Assembly (NCBI GenBank): GCA_964562235.1
Contig: CAZLSV010000014.1
Location: forward strand, 15,984 to 79,983
Direction of reading: 5' to 3'
Origin: an uncultured Desulfatibacillum sp.
Lineage (GTDB): Bacteria > Desulfobacterota > Desulfobacteria > Desulfobacterales > SpSt-501
Length of the DNA: 64,000 nucleotides
The translations under genes were made by a program, and so were the position numbers. The notes under the pieces were generated by a model. That model was given only the letters and a program-made list of their open reading frames with translations, had not been told where the DNA came from and made no database searches. Of this stretch, positions 1 to 9,183 are shown one piece after another (positions within the stretch are counted from its first letter, which is position 1; every line of letters begins with the position of its first letter).

Positions 1-2
1 GC

Positions 3-734
3 GCGGAGGTCACCCGCAACGCCGTCCTGGACTCCCCCGCCCACAAGGTCAAGGTCAGCATGCGCAGCCCGTTCATGCTGCCGCGGCTGGCCCTGGTCGA
101 CCCGGAGCTCACCTGTTCCATGCCGCCGGCCCTCACCGCCGCCACCGGACTCGACGCCCTGACCCAGCTGCTGGAGGCCTTTGTCAGCCGCAACGCCACC
201 CCCCTGACCGACGGGCTCTGCCGTGAAGGCCTGCACCGCGCCGCCCGCTCCCTCTACCGGGCCTTCGCAGACGGCAACGATCGACAGGCCCGGGAAGAGA
301 TGTGCCTGGCCAGCCTGTTCGGCGGCCTGGCGCTCGCCAACGCCCGGCTGGGGGCGGTGCACGGCATCGCCGGGCCCTTTGGCGGCGCTTTCCGGGCCCC
401 CCATGGCGCGGTGTGCGGACGACTGCTGCCGTTTGTCGCGGCCGCCAACATCAAAGCCCTTCGCGAGCGCGACCCCGACGCCCCCGCCCTTGGCCGCTTC
501 CGGGAGGCGGCGAGAATATTGACGGGCGACCCCGAGGCCGGCGCCGAGGCCGGAAGCGCCTGGCTGCAAGCCCTCTGCGACCGGCTTGAAGTACCGGCGC
601 TCTCCAGCTACGGCTTCTCCAGCCAAAAGGCGCCGGATCTGATCGCCCACGCCACCCGATCCAGCAGCATGAAGGGCAACCCCATCGACCTGACCGCCGG
701 GGAGCTGGAGCGGATCCTGGAGCAGGCTCGGTAA
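3..734 (+). CDS. Iron-containing (group III) alcohol dehydrogenase, C-terminal part. The 5' end lies outside the window.
   Basis: Frame 3 is open from nt 3. The translation (..PRLALVDPELTCSMPPALTAATGLDALTQLLEAFVS..GAVHGIAGPFGG..PHGAVCGRLLP..) looks like the conserved C-terminal half of Fe-ADH family enzymes. Confidence 0.8.
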   Translation, partial: AEVTRNAVLDSPAHKVKVSMRSPFMLPRLALVDPELTCSMPPALTAATGLDALTQLLEAFVSRNATPLTDGLCREGLHRAARSLYRAFADGNDRQAREEMCLASLFGGLALANARLGAVHGIAGPFGGAFRAPHGAVCGRLLPFVAAANIKALRERDPDAPALGRFREAARILTGDPEAGAEAGSAWLQALCDRLEVPALSSYGFSSQKAPDLIAHATRSSSMKGNPIDLTAGELERILEQAR

Positions 735-931
735 TGCCAACGGATCCCCCCCTGCCAGCGCCGGTGAACCGCCCCGTCCCCCACCGGGTCCACCGGGCCG
801 CATAGGGTCCCACCGTCGGCCGCGTCGGTCCGGCAAGCCCCGAATCCCGATGATTTCCCAAAGCCGGCCTTTCCTAACGCGCAGGGATGGCTTATAGTCA
901 CCGTGTGGGAAACAGGAAGAGGAACTGGAAA

Positions 932-2437
932 ATGATTCGGAAAAGCATATCTCTATTGGCCGCGCTTTCCGCCGGCCTGACGATGAGCGCGGCGGCCCTG
1001 GCCGCCGAGACCCAAACCCCGCTCGTCCGGCTGGTCAAAAAAATCCAACCGGCGGTCTCGACCGTCATCGCCTATGACATCGAACGCAACATCGGGAACA
1101 TCGGAACGGGTTTTTTCGTCAGCCCGCAGGGCCATTTGATCACCAATTTCCACGTGCTGGCCGGCCGGTACGCCGCCGACGTCCGCACCGCCGCCGGCAA
1201 GTCCTACCGGGTCAAGGCCGTGCTGGCGGAGAACAAGGCCGCCGACCTGGTGAAATTGGAAGTGGACATCCCCCCGGAAGAGGTCTCCTGGATCCCGCTG
1301 GACGACCGCGTGCCGGAAATCGCCGAACGGGTGGTCGTCGTCGGCAGCCCCATGGGCCTTGAGCAGACGGTCAGTGACGGGATCGTCTCCTCGGTGCGGG
1401 ATATCCCGCCGGTCGGCACCGTTTTCCAGATGTCCGCCCCCATCTCCCCCGGTTCCAGCGGCAGCCCGGTCGTCAGTATGAAGGGGCGGGTGGTCGGTAT
1501 CGCCACGTTCCAGTTCGTTCAGGGGCAAAACCTGAATTTCGCCGTAACCTCACTGCAGATCCAGTCCCTGCAAAAATTCGACTCCGCCAAAACAATCCCG
1601 GAATGGGGCTACGGCCACCTGGGAAACAAGCCGAGAGCGGCCGAGGCCCTGTGCCAGAAAGGCTTCAGCTTTTCCGTCAACGGCGAGGATCAAAAAGCAC
1701 TTGAGTATTTCAAGAAGGCGACCGAATCCGACCCCTCGGATTCAGAGGCCTGGAGCGGCCTGGGATCCTGTTACGCCGGCCTCAACAACCCGGATAGCGC
1801 CATCGCCGCTTACAAACAGGCCGTTGAGGCCAGCCCGCGGGAAGCCGCCTCCCATTTCCACCTCGGCAACTATTACGGCAAGCTCGGCCGTTTCGAGGAA
1901 GCCGTCGGCGCCTACCGCGAAGCGATCGTCCTCAACTCCCGGTTCGAGGCCGCCTACTACAACATGGGACTCGCCCTGACGCGGCTGGGCCGCTTCGACG
2001 AGGGACTGGAGGCGTTCGAAAACGTCACGCGCATCAACCCGGACGCGGCACCGGCCCATTATAACGCCGGCATCGCTTACAGCCAGCTGGGCCACTTCAA
2101 GGAGGCGGTCAACGCCCAGCGAAACGTCATCCGCCTGAACCCGGATTTCGCACCGGCCTACTTTGCCATGGGCGAGGCCTTCTACCGCCTCGGCCGCGAA
2201 GCAGAGGGCGTCGACGCTTTCCGGGAGGCGATCCGCGTGGACCCGGATTTCGCACCGGCGCACCATATCCTGGGGACCGTCATGCTTCACAAAGGGGACA
2301 AAAGCGGCGCGCTCGAGCAGTTCAAGATCCTGAAGAAACTGGACGCGGAGATGGCTCAGAACCTTTTCGAACAGATCTATCCCAAAGATGACCCTGCCAA
2401 AAAACCTAAAAGAGCTGCCAAGCAGCCGAAACCATAA
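932..2437 (+). CDS. Secreted trypsin-like (S1/DegP-type) serine protease fused to C-terminal TPR repeats
   Basis: ATG at 932 follows AGGAAGAGGA. The N-terminus has a signal-like segment (MIRKSISLLAALSAGLTMSAAALA). Triad-like motifs are ITNFHVL, AADLVKLEV and GSSGSPVV. Five or six 34-aa TPR units follow (AWSGLGSCYAGLNNPDSAIAAYKQAVE..). Confidence 0.8.
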   Translation: MIRKSISLLAALSAGLTMSAAALAAETQTPLVRLVKKIQPAVSTVIAYDIERNIGNIGTGFFVSPQGHLITNFHVLAGRYAADVRTAAGKSYRVKAVLAENKAADLVKLEVDIPPEEVSWIPLDDRVPEIAERVVVVGSPMGLEQTVSDGIVSSVRDIPPVGTVFQMSAPISPGSSGSPVVSMKGRVVGIATFQFVQGQNLNFAVTSLQIQSLQKFDSAKTIPEWGYGHLGNKPRAAEALCQKGFSFSVNGEDQKALEYFKKATESDPSDSEAWSGLGSCYAGLNNPDSAIAAYKQAVEASPREAASHFHLGNYYGKLGRFEEAVGAYREAIVLNSRFEAAYYNMGLALTRLGRFDEGLEAFENVTRINPDAAPAHYNAGIAYSQLGHFKEAVNAQRNVIRLNPDFAPAYFAMGEAFYRLGREAEGVDAFREAIRVDPDFAPAHHILGTVMLHKGDKSGALEQFKILKKLDAEMAQNLFEQIYPKDDPAKKPKRAAKQPKP

Positions 2438-2885
2438 CTGCTTCGGTTGCAGCCCCACGAACCCCTCCGGCCTGCGGATGCGGTTCCTTACGGACGGTGA
2501 GGCCGTTTACTCGCGGGTCAAAGTCCCTGAGCACCTCTGCGGCTGGAGCAACATCGTCCACGGCGGCGTGCTCACCACCATTTTGGATGAAATCATGAGC
2601 TGGTCGGCCATCCACCTGCTCAAGCGCATTGCGCTGACCCAAAACATCGCCGTCGAGTTTCTCAAGCCGGTCCATGTGGGCGGGGAACTTCGGGCCGAAG
2701 GCCGCATCCTGGAGATTAGCTCAAAGAACGACGCCTTCACGGAGGGCGCGCTCTACGACTCACGGGGGGAGCTCTGCGTCCGGTCGAAAGCGGGTTTCAA
2801 GGTGTTCTCCCCCGCGGTCGCGCGCCGCCTGGGCATCGCCGACAACGAAACCATTTCGTGGTTCGAAGGAATTTTCAAGGCATGA
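2388..2885 (+). CDS. PaaI-family / hotdog-fold thioesterase
   Basis: The N-terminal NHNCFGCSPTNPSGLRMRF and the VHGGVLTTILDEIMSW core are typical of PaaI-like hotdog thioesterases. The gene overlaps the 3' end of the protease gene by 50 nt. Confidence 0.7.
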   Translation: MTLPKNLKELPSSRNHNCFGCSPTNPSGLRMRFLTDGEAVYSRVKVPEHLCGWSNIVHGGVLTTILDEIMSWSAIHLLKRIALTQNIAVEFLKPVHVGGELRAEGRILEISSKNDAFTEGALYDSRGELCVRSKAGFKVFSPAVARRLGIADNETISWFEGIFKA

Positions 2886-3018
2886 AATGAAACCACGGCC
2901 GCGCCCGGCTTTATTGGACCATCACGGCAGGAATGAAAAGGGCGGTCGAGATGTCGGTTTCCCGGCAGCACGCACACGACGTGATCACACGGGATGCCGG
3001 CGGCTTCCGCGGTGCGTT

Positions 3019-3522
3019 ATGCGTCTCTGGACGCTTCATCCCAAATACATGGACCCGCGCGGTCTGGTCGCGCTCTGGCGGGAGGGGCTGCTGGCCCAGG
3101 CGGTCCTGAACGGCCGGACCCGCGGCTACACCCGCCATCCCCAACTCAATCGCTTTCGGGGCTCCCCCTCGCCCGCGGAAGCCATTGCCCTCTACCTGCG
3201 CGCGATTCATGCCGAATCCTGTCGAAGGGGCTACTGTTTCGATGCCGCCAGAATCGGACCCGCCGGCCGGGTCGAACCGATCGCGGTCACGCGCGGGCAG
3301 CTCGGCTACGAATGGGCCCACCTGCAGGCCAAGCTGAGGGCCCGGTCCCCGGAGTGGCTGGTCCGGTTGAAATCGATATCTTCCCTTAAACCGCACCCTC
3401 TGTTTCGCATCGTCCCCGGCCCGGTGGCGGAGTGGGAGGTGCTTGAGACGGGCAAAAGGCTTCCGCCACAGCAGGGGCGATCCGCCCTGCGTTTAACCGG
3501 AAAAGCCGTGAAAAAAATGTGA
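3019..3522 (+). CDS. Pyrimidine-dimer DNA glycosylase family protein (T4 endonuclease V-like)
   Basis: The internal ATG at 3019 gives MRLWTLHPKYMDPRGLVALWREGLLAQAVLNGRTRGYTRHPQLNRF, the characteristic N-terminus of this family. The upstream part of ORF 2674..3522 is Arg/Ser-rich alternate-frame noise over the thioesterase gene. Confidence 0.65.
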   Translation: MRLWTLHPKYMDPRGLVALWREGLLAQAVLNGRTRGYTRHPQLNRFRGSPSPAEAIALYLRAIHAESCRRGYCFDAARIGPAGRVEPIAVTRGQLGYEWAHLQAKLRARSPEWLVRLKSISSLKPHPLFRIVPGPVAEWEVLETGKRLPPQQGRSALRLTGKAVKKM

Positions 3523-3567
3523 AGATGCCGGACCTTGTTGCCCGTTGATAAAGGAGGCCCGAGTCCA

Positions 3568-4278
3568 ATGCGCGCCCATTGCCTGCAGCATGTCGCCTTC
3601 GAGGGCCTCGGCCGTATCGGCCCCTGGTTGGAGGGCGCCGGTTACGAGGTCACGTTCACGCGCTTTTTCAATTCCCCCCTCCTGCCGGCACTGGAGGATG
3701 TCGATTTTCTCATCGCCATGGGCGGCCCGATGAGCGTCAACGAGGAACTTGAATTTCCGTGGCTTTCCCGCGAAAAGGCGTTCATTCGAAGCGCCGTCGA
3801 AGCCGGAAAGCCCGTCCTGGGGGTCTGCCTGGGAGCCCAGCTCATCGCCAACGCCATGGGCGCCCGCGTCTACCCGAATTCCCAACGGGAGATCGGCTGG
3901 TTCACCGTGCAGGCGGCCGGGCCGGCCGACGAGGCCTCTTTCCCCGTCTTCCGCTTTCCGCCCGAAGCCAGGGTCTTCCACTGGCACGGGGAGACCTTCG
4001 ATCTGCCGGCCGGGGCCATCCATCTCGCGCTCAGCGCGGGATGCCGGAACCAGGCCTTTCAGCTCGGGCCCGCCGTGATCGGCCTGCAGTTTCACCTTGA
4101 AACAACACCCGAATCTCTGCGGCAGCTCGTCGAACACTGCCGAACGGAAATCAGGGTTTCCCCCACCGTGCAGCCGGAAGAGACGATCCTGGCCGAAACC
4201 CAGGCCACTTTTGGATCCATCAACCGCCTGATGGCCGAGGTGCTTGCCTTCCTGCACACCAACCGCCGCACCGTCTGA
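3568..4278 (+). CDS. Class I glutamine amidotransferase-like protein
   Basis: AAGGAGG lies 11 nt upstream of the ATG at 3568. It has the nucleophile-elbow motif VLGVCLGAQLIA and a downstream HWHGETF. Confidence 0.75.
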   Translation: MRAHCLQHVAFEGLGRIGPWLEGAGYEVTFTRFFNSPLLPALEDVDFLIAMGGPMSVNEELEFPWLSREKAFIRSAVEAGKPVLGVCLGAQLIANAMGARVYPNSQREIGWFTVQAAGPADEASFPVFRFPPEARVFHWHGETFDLPAGAIHLALSAGCRNQAFQLGPAVIGLQFHLETTPESLRQLVEHCRTEIRVSPTVQPEETILAETQATFGSINRLMAEVLAFLHTNRRTV

Positions 4279-4444
4279 ATCCGTCCCGTCTCCCGAAAGT
4301 CGCGCAAGACGCTTTGCCGGGCTTTTCCAATCATGGGCGACAGCCTCTTTTTTGGGCTGGAAGCGATGCGCTCGTTGTATTATGATTCGTTGAAACTGTT
4401 TATTGGCCGGAGTATTGAAAATCCATTTCGACAAGGAGGTCGCT

Positions 4445-4978
4445 ATGCGTCTCAGCGCCAAGAAAATCGCATTTCTGGTGGCCGAGGGGGTCGAGGACCT
4501 GGAATTTTACGTGCCCCTCATGCGTCTTCAGGAGGAAGGGGCGGAGGCCATCGTCGCCGGCCTGGACCTCAAGTCCGTCCGTGGAAAAAACGGGCTGGAA
4601 ATCACTCCCACCGCACGCATTGACTCGCTTCAGAGCGGCGATCTGTTCGCCCTGGTGGTGCCCGGAGGGTGGGCGCCCGACAAACTGCGCCGCTACGCCG
4701 CGGTCAAAAAGCTGGTCCAGGAGATGGACGCTTCCCAAAAAACGCTGGGGTTCATCTGCCACGGAGGGCATGTCGCTATTTCCGCCGGGATCGTGCAGGG
4801 CCGGCGGGCCACCGGCACGCTGGCCATCAAGGACGACCTTGAAAATGCGGGCGCCACGTGGGTGGAGGAACCCGCGTTCCGCGAGGGGCATTTCGTCTGG
4901 GGCCGGGTGGTGGCCGACATTCCGGCGTTCTGCCGCGAGTTGGTTGCCGCGCTGGTGGAGCAGGCGGGACGCGGATAA
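4445..4978 (+). CDS. DJ-1/PfpI family protein
   Basis: AAGGAGG precedes the ATG at 4445. Motifs are KKIAFLVAEGVEDLEFYVP and the Cys-His elbow GFICHGGHV. Confidence 0.8.
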   Translation: MRLSAKKIAFLVAEGVEDLEFYVPLMRLQEEGAEAIVAGLDLKSVRGKNGLEITPTARIDSLQSGDLFALVVPGGWAPDKLRRYAAVKKLVQEMDASQKTLGFICHGGHVAISAGIVQGRRATGTLAIKDDLENAGATWVEEPAFREGHFVWGRVVADIPAFCRELVAALVEQAGRG

Positions 4979-5257
4979 GGAGCCCGAGATGAACGGCCAA
5001 AAAGGTTTTGACCAGTGACCCGAACTTTTCTTCGAAAAATCTGTTTATCGCGTGACCGTTGAAAAAACTGTAAAATTTTCCCCGCGCGCGGCCTTTCGCA
5101 GGGGAGGGCCCCCGGCGGTCCGCCCCAAACCATCTTGAATTGAGGATTATTATCGCTTCCAACATGGCGCTCTGAAAAAAAGGACGGCGATGGAAGCGGA
5201 CCGGAGGGCCCGGCCGAACACACCTTGGCCGAGGTCTTGAAAAACTCTCTGCGCGAC

Positions 5258-7018
5258 TCAGCCGCCGGCGGCGGCCTCGGCCATGCGCAGCACCGCCTGT
5301 AGCTGGGCGCGCAGCGGGTGCTCCGCCAGCCCGTCCACCGCCGCCATCTCTAGCTGCAGCCGATCGAGGGCGCGGGCCGTGATGCGCTCGGGACCCGCCG
5401 TCAGGCGGATGAGAGCCTGCAGCGCCAGAAAGCTCAGCATCAGCGCAATGGCGATGACCCAGAACGCGTGCAGGAAATAATCCCCGGCGAGATACTCCGC
5501 GCTGAAAAACGTCTTCACGGTGACCCAGCCCACGTAGCCCAGGATGCCGGTGACCGGCGCATTCATCAGAATCTGCAGCCACCCCCCACCGAGGCGCCGG
5601 GCCATGGCGTCGACCTCCTGCTCGATGGCCCGGTCCCAGAGGCTCGAGAGCTGCTCCTGGAACCGGCCGGCCGATGCCATCGGCGCGTCGAGGCTCCGCA
5701 CGGCCGAATCGAAACGCCCGCGGACCAGCAGCTCAGCCGCCTCCGGCCAGCGTCCGATCAGTTCGAGCCGGTACCGCCCGAGCGCCGCTTCGAGGCCGTC
5801 GGCCCCCGCCGGCGCCGATCCCTTGCCCGCTCGCCGGACAGAAAACACCCCCCCGAACGGGCGGCCCAGGCGTAAAAAAGCGGCGATACCGCTGCCGGCG
5901 GCCATCAGGCGCGTCCAGACCGCCAGCACCCATCCCACCGGGCCGACCCACCGCATGCAAAGCTTCTGGTACACCGCGGCCCCCGGGCCGCCGGCTCCCC
6001 GCCGGGAGTCCTGACCCCCCAGCGCCGCGGCGGCGGCCGTCATCGCTTCCGTCTGGATCCGCGCCAGCGCCTGCTGCGCGGCCTGGAGCGCCGGCCGGTC
6101 CGCCGCGAGCTCGCGGCCGGCCTCGTCCAGAACGACCGCATGCAGCTTGCGGGCGTTGTCCACGCGCCGGTCGACCACGAGACTCCCACGGCCCGCGAGT
6201 CCGAACACCAGGCTGCGCAACTCCTCGAACTGATCGAAGTCGTGGCGCGGACCGGCCAACGGGTCCCAGGCCGGCGCCTGCAGGTGCCGGCGCGCACAGA
6301 CGCACAGCGCCCGGTCGACCGCCCCCTGCCATCCCTCCTGCAGGTAGCCGCGGAAGTCGGGCAGAATGTTCTCCTTCAGATCCGCCTCCTCCAGGCGGTC
6401 GCACTTGTTGAGGACCGCCACGAGAGACTCGCCGTCGAAGCGCGCCACGAACGGCGCCAGAAAATCCGCGTGATCGCGGCGCTTGGGGTTTTCGGCATCG
6501 AAGACGCAGATCAGCACGTCGGATTGGGCGATGGCGCGCTCCAGCGCAGGGACGTGGCGACGGAAGGCCGTGGAGTCGGTGTCGGGGGTGTCGATCAGGC
6601 ACAGCCCCCCGGGCAGGCGCGTGCCTGCCGCGGCCGCGACGACGACCGAATCGCTGCCGAGGTCGCGGGTGAGCTCCGCCGCGTCCTCCTTGCCGGCGCC
6701 GAAGACCACCAGCGTTTCGGTGGTCGGCCGGCGGCGGCCCGTCGGCGAGAGCTCCGCCCCTCCCGCCAGCGCATTGACGAGGGTGGACTTGCCGGACCCG
6801 GACGGGCCGATCAGCGTCACCACGAGGCTGCGCTCGAAGCGGGCGGCGATCGCGCGGATCATCCGGATGGCCTCCTCGCCTTGCCGGGCCAGCGCGGCGG
6901 CAGGCCGCCACAGCGGCACCGCCTCCAGGCTGGATTTCAGCAGGCCGAGCTCGGAAACCAGGGCCTCGATGCGCCCGACGCCCTTGAGAATCGCCGCGCG
7001 CTGCTCGCCTCTCCTCAC
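5258..7018 (-). CDS. Membrane-associated P-loop GTPase, downstream member of a paralogous pair (dynamin-like/HSR1-like)
   Basis: G1 is GPSGSGKST, G3 is LIDTPDTD and G4 is LNKCD. The C-terminal half has hydrophobic segments (VGPVGWVLAVWTRLMAAGSGIAAFL; FLHAFWVIAIALMLSFLALQALI). Its GTG start overlaps the upstream gene's stop as GTGA (7015-7018). Confidence 0.7.
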   Translation of the reverse strand: MRRGEQRAAILKGVGRIEALVSELGLLKSSLEAVPLWRPAAALARQGEEAIRMIRAIAARFERSLVVTLIGPSGSGKSTLVNALAGGAELSPTGRRRPTTETLVVFGAGKEDAAELTRDLGSDSVVVAAAAGTRLPGGLCLIDTPDTDSTAFRRHVPALERAIAQSDVLICVFDAENPKRRDHADFLAPFVARFDGESLVAVLNKCDRLEEADLKENILPDFRGYLQEGWQGAVDRALCVCARRHLQAPAWDPLAGPRHDFDQFEELRSLVFGLAGRGSLVVDRRVDNARKLHAVVLDEAGRELAADRPALQAAQQALARIQTEAMTAAAAALGGQDSRRGAGGPGAAVYQKLCMRWVGPVGWVLAVWTRLMAAGSGIAAFLRLGRPFGGVFSVRRAGKGSAPAGADGLEAALGRYRLELIGRWPEAAELLVRGRFDSAVRSLDAPMASAGRFQEQLSSLWDRAIEQEVDAMARRLGGGWLQILMNAPVTGILGYVGWVTVKTFFSAEYLAGDYFLHAFWVIAIALMLSFLALQALIRLTAGPERITARALDRLQLEMAAVDGLAEHPLRAQLQAVLRMAEAAAGG

Positions 7019-8937
7019 CGGACCCCTCCCTTTGTTTCCCGTGCCAGGCAGCCGTCGGCGGCGGCGATCCCCCGTTCGGCGTCGCCGGCCGCCTCTTCCA
7101 ACGCTCGCAGTATCTCGCCCGTGATCTCCTGCTCGAAAATTTCACGGAGGATTTCGAATTTGCGGTTCAGCCAGGTTTGGGCCACCGGCCCGAGCATCTC
7201 CTGGAGCTGCTTCCGGTCCGCCTGCTTCAGCCCGCGGGTGACCGGAATGGCCACCAGGGCGTAAAGATCTTTCAGGCCGAAAAGCCCGGCCAGCTTGACT
7301 TTGATGGTGGCGCCGCCGACGGGGTCCCCGGTCGAGAGGACGTAGGTCACCGCGGCGGCCGCCGGCAGCACGTTCAAGAAGGCCCAGAAGGTCTGCGAGA
7401 CCTGGTCCCAGACCCCCATCCGGCGGCGGAAATGCCCGGCCAGGCGGCTGAGCTCCGCCTCCATGTCGGCGCCGACCTCGCCGATCTCCTCCCGGCGGTC
7501 GAGGATGGCCTGCAGGATGGCGCTGAAATCTTTTTGCTCCAGCCGCTTTCGACTCGGCAAGGCCGCGGGGTGCGCGCTTATCGCACCCGGCGGCTGCGCG
7601 TCGCCGGCTTCAGTCCCCGCGCCCGGTGCGATATGCGGGCTCAGCACCTGCTGATGCAGGTCGGTGGCCGCCGTCACCAGGTTTTCCTCGAGCTTGCGGG
7701 CAAACAGCCGGGAGGGCTTTTCGGACGGCGGCTCTCCGGAAACCCTCGCGCGCGCCCAGCCCGCGACCCCGACCAGGGCCTTCAAGGGCAGCTCGATCAG
7801 GCTGCCCGTGCGCCGCATGAACTTGACCGCCGGCGGGTCGGTCCGCGCCCAGATCTTGGCAAACCGCCGCATGACGCGTTCCACCGGGAAGTGCCGCAGC
7901 GCCTGCTGGAGAGACCGGTTTTGCACCTCCCGCACGCCGGCCGCGTAGCGTTTCAGCTCGGCCAGGGACTCCCGGCCGCGGCCCAGGAACACCTCCGCCT
8001 GCGCCATGACATCGGAGAGCATGGAGGCGTGCAGCTCCCGGCGCAGCCGGGTCGCGTCGATCGCCGCCAGGGCCTGCTCGAAGGAGGCCCCTTCCGGCCG
8101 CACCGGCTGAAGGCGGAGGCCGCGCTCGCCGGCCGCGACGCGGTTGTCCTCCTCGGCCCGGAAGACCCCGAGCACACACTCCTTGGCCGAACCGCCGTAA
8201 AGGTTTCGGGCCACGGTCGCGGCGTGCTCTTCCACCTCCGCGGCCGTGAAGCTCGGGTAGCAGCGGTAGACGAGAAAGCATTTGCGGCGGCCGATGCCGG
8301 TCAGCATCCGGCCGATGAAGTCGGTGTTGTCGCGGTTGTTGTAGTTGGAGTTGGTGAAGATGTAGATCAGGATATCGGCCGCCTCGAGGGCGGCCTGGGC
8401 GCTGGAGCGGTTGGCGTAGTGCCCGCGGCTGCCGGTGTCGAAATCGGGGGTGTCCATTAGAACCAGCGGCGGGGCGCCCGGACCGGTTTCGATGAAAAGC
8501 GGGCCCCCGGGCTCGAGGAGCTCCTCCGGCTGCCGCAGCGCTTCCGGGGCGGCCCCGAAAGGCTCCACCAGCGCCGCGATGAATCCGGATTTTCCGGCCA
8601 TCGTCCCGGGGACCGAGAAAAGCACGCGCCGGTTCATGCCCGCCCGCCCTCCGACGGGCGCGAATCGGCCGCCGGCGAGGGAGTTGAAAAGGGTGGACTT
8701 TCCGGAAGAGCCCCCGCCGCAGATCGCGGCCACCAGCGGGAAATCCGGGTCGAAGCGGCTCAGCAGGCGGCTGTCCAGGGTCTTGCACCAGGCGGCGAGC
8801 TCCGGGGCGGCCTCCAGCTTCAAGGCATCCGCCAGAAGGGGCAATTCCAGGCGAAGCGTTTTCAGCCTCTCATGCAAAGAGGCCGGCACGCCCATGCCCA
8901 CCGCCGCGGTATCGGAAACATTCATGAACGACAACAT
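7015..8937 (-). CDS. P-loop GTPase, upstream member of the paralogous pair (dynamin-like candidate)
   Basis: The start was re-set to the ATG at 8937 (alternative 8925). The longer 891-aa ORF runs antisense over the neighbouring dehydrogenase gene. G1 is CGGGSSGKST and G3 is LMDTPDFD. There is a long helical middle and a hydrophobic hairpin near the C-terminus (FWAFLNVLPAAAAVTYVL..LYALVAIPV). Confidence 0.65.
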   Translation of the reverse strand: MLSFMNVSDTAAVGMGVPASLHERLKTLRLELPLLADALKLEAAPELAAWCKTLDSRLLSRFDPDFPLVAAICGGGSSGKSTLFNSLAGGRFAPVGGRAGMNRRVLFSVPGTMAGKSGFIAALVEPFGAAPEALRQPEELLEPGGPLFIETGPGAPPLVLMDTPDFDTGSRGHYANRSSAQAALEAADILIYIFTNSNYNNRDNTDFIGRMLTGIGRRKCFLVYRCYPSFTAAEVEEHAATVARNLYGGSAKECVLGVFRAEEDNRVAAGERGLRLQPVRPEGASFEQALAAIDATRLRRELHASMLSDVMAQAEVFLGRGRESLAELKRYAAGVREVQNRSLQQALRHFPVERVMRRFAKIWARTDPPAVKFMRRTGSLIELPLKALVGVAGWARARVSGEPPSEKPSRLFARKLEENLVTAATDLHQQVLSPHIAPGAGTEAGDAQPPGAISAHPAALPSRKRLEQKDFSAILQAILDRREEIGEVGADMEAELSRLAGHFRRRMGVWDQVSQTFWAFLNVLPAAAAVTYVLSTGDPVGGATIKVKLAGLFGLKDLYALVAIPVTRGLKQADRKQLQEMLGPVAQTWLNRKFEILREIFEQEITGEILRALEEAAGDAERGIAAADGCLARETKGGVR

Positions 8938-8973
8938 AATACGCCTGGGCTGAAATAAAACCGAATGCCCCTT

Positions 8974-9090
8974 GTTATTGCTCCGACAAACAGGTTCAAC
9001 GTGAACCGGCGCCTGGCGGATCGGGGCGTCCGCCGCGGCGCCTCTGCGTGAGGTGCCGAATTGGCACATAATCAACCGCCGGTGTAATAG
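8974..9090. repeat. Palindromic intergenic element, copy 1 of the GTTATTGCTCCG family
   Basis: The terminal arms TTATTGCTCCG (8975-8985) and CGGTGTAATAG (9080-9090) pair with 1 mismatch and 2 G:T wobbles. Internal hairpins are GTTCA-ACG-TGAAC and GGCGGA..TCCGCC. It shares its 12-mer with 45050-45061. Confidence 0.5.
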
Positions 9091-9183
9091 CACACCCTCC
9101 CGCTGAAGACCATCCCGCCCCCGTTGCGAGGGCGGAAGCTTTTGTGATAAAGACCCCACCAGGGTCAACCGAAGGGGGCATGC

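Noticed and set aside
5733-7145. A 470-aa alternate-frame ORF, plus several 200-400-aa plus-strand ORFs (5674..6411, 6140..7264, 7177..8460, 7610..8788) over the GTPase genes.
   Set aside because: These are Arg/Pro/Gly-rich nonsense translations. Only the 5258..7018 and 7015..8937 frames show P-loop, DTPD and NKCD motifs and sensible hydrophobic segments.
9062-9078. A TGGCAC hexamer that looked like the -24 element of a sigma-54 promoter in the GTPase/dehydrogenase intergenic region.
   Set aside because: The position where the -12 TTGC(A/T) element should lie reads CAAC. The hexamer is also inside the palindromic repeat copy, so this is probably coincidental.
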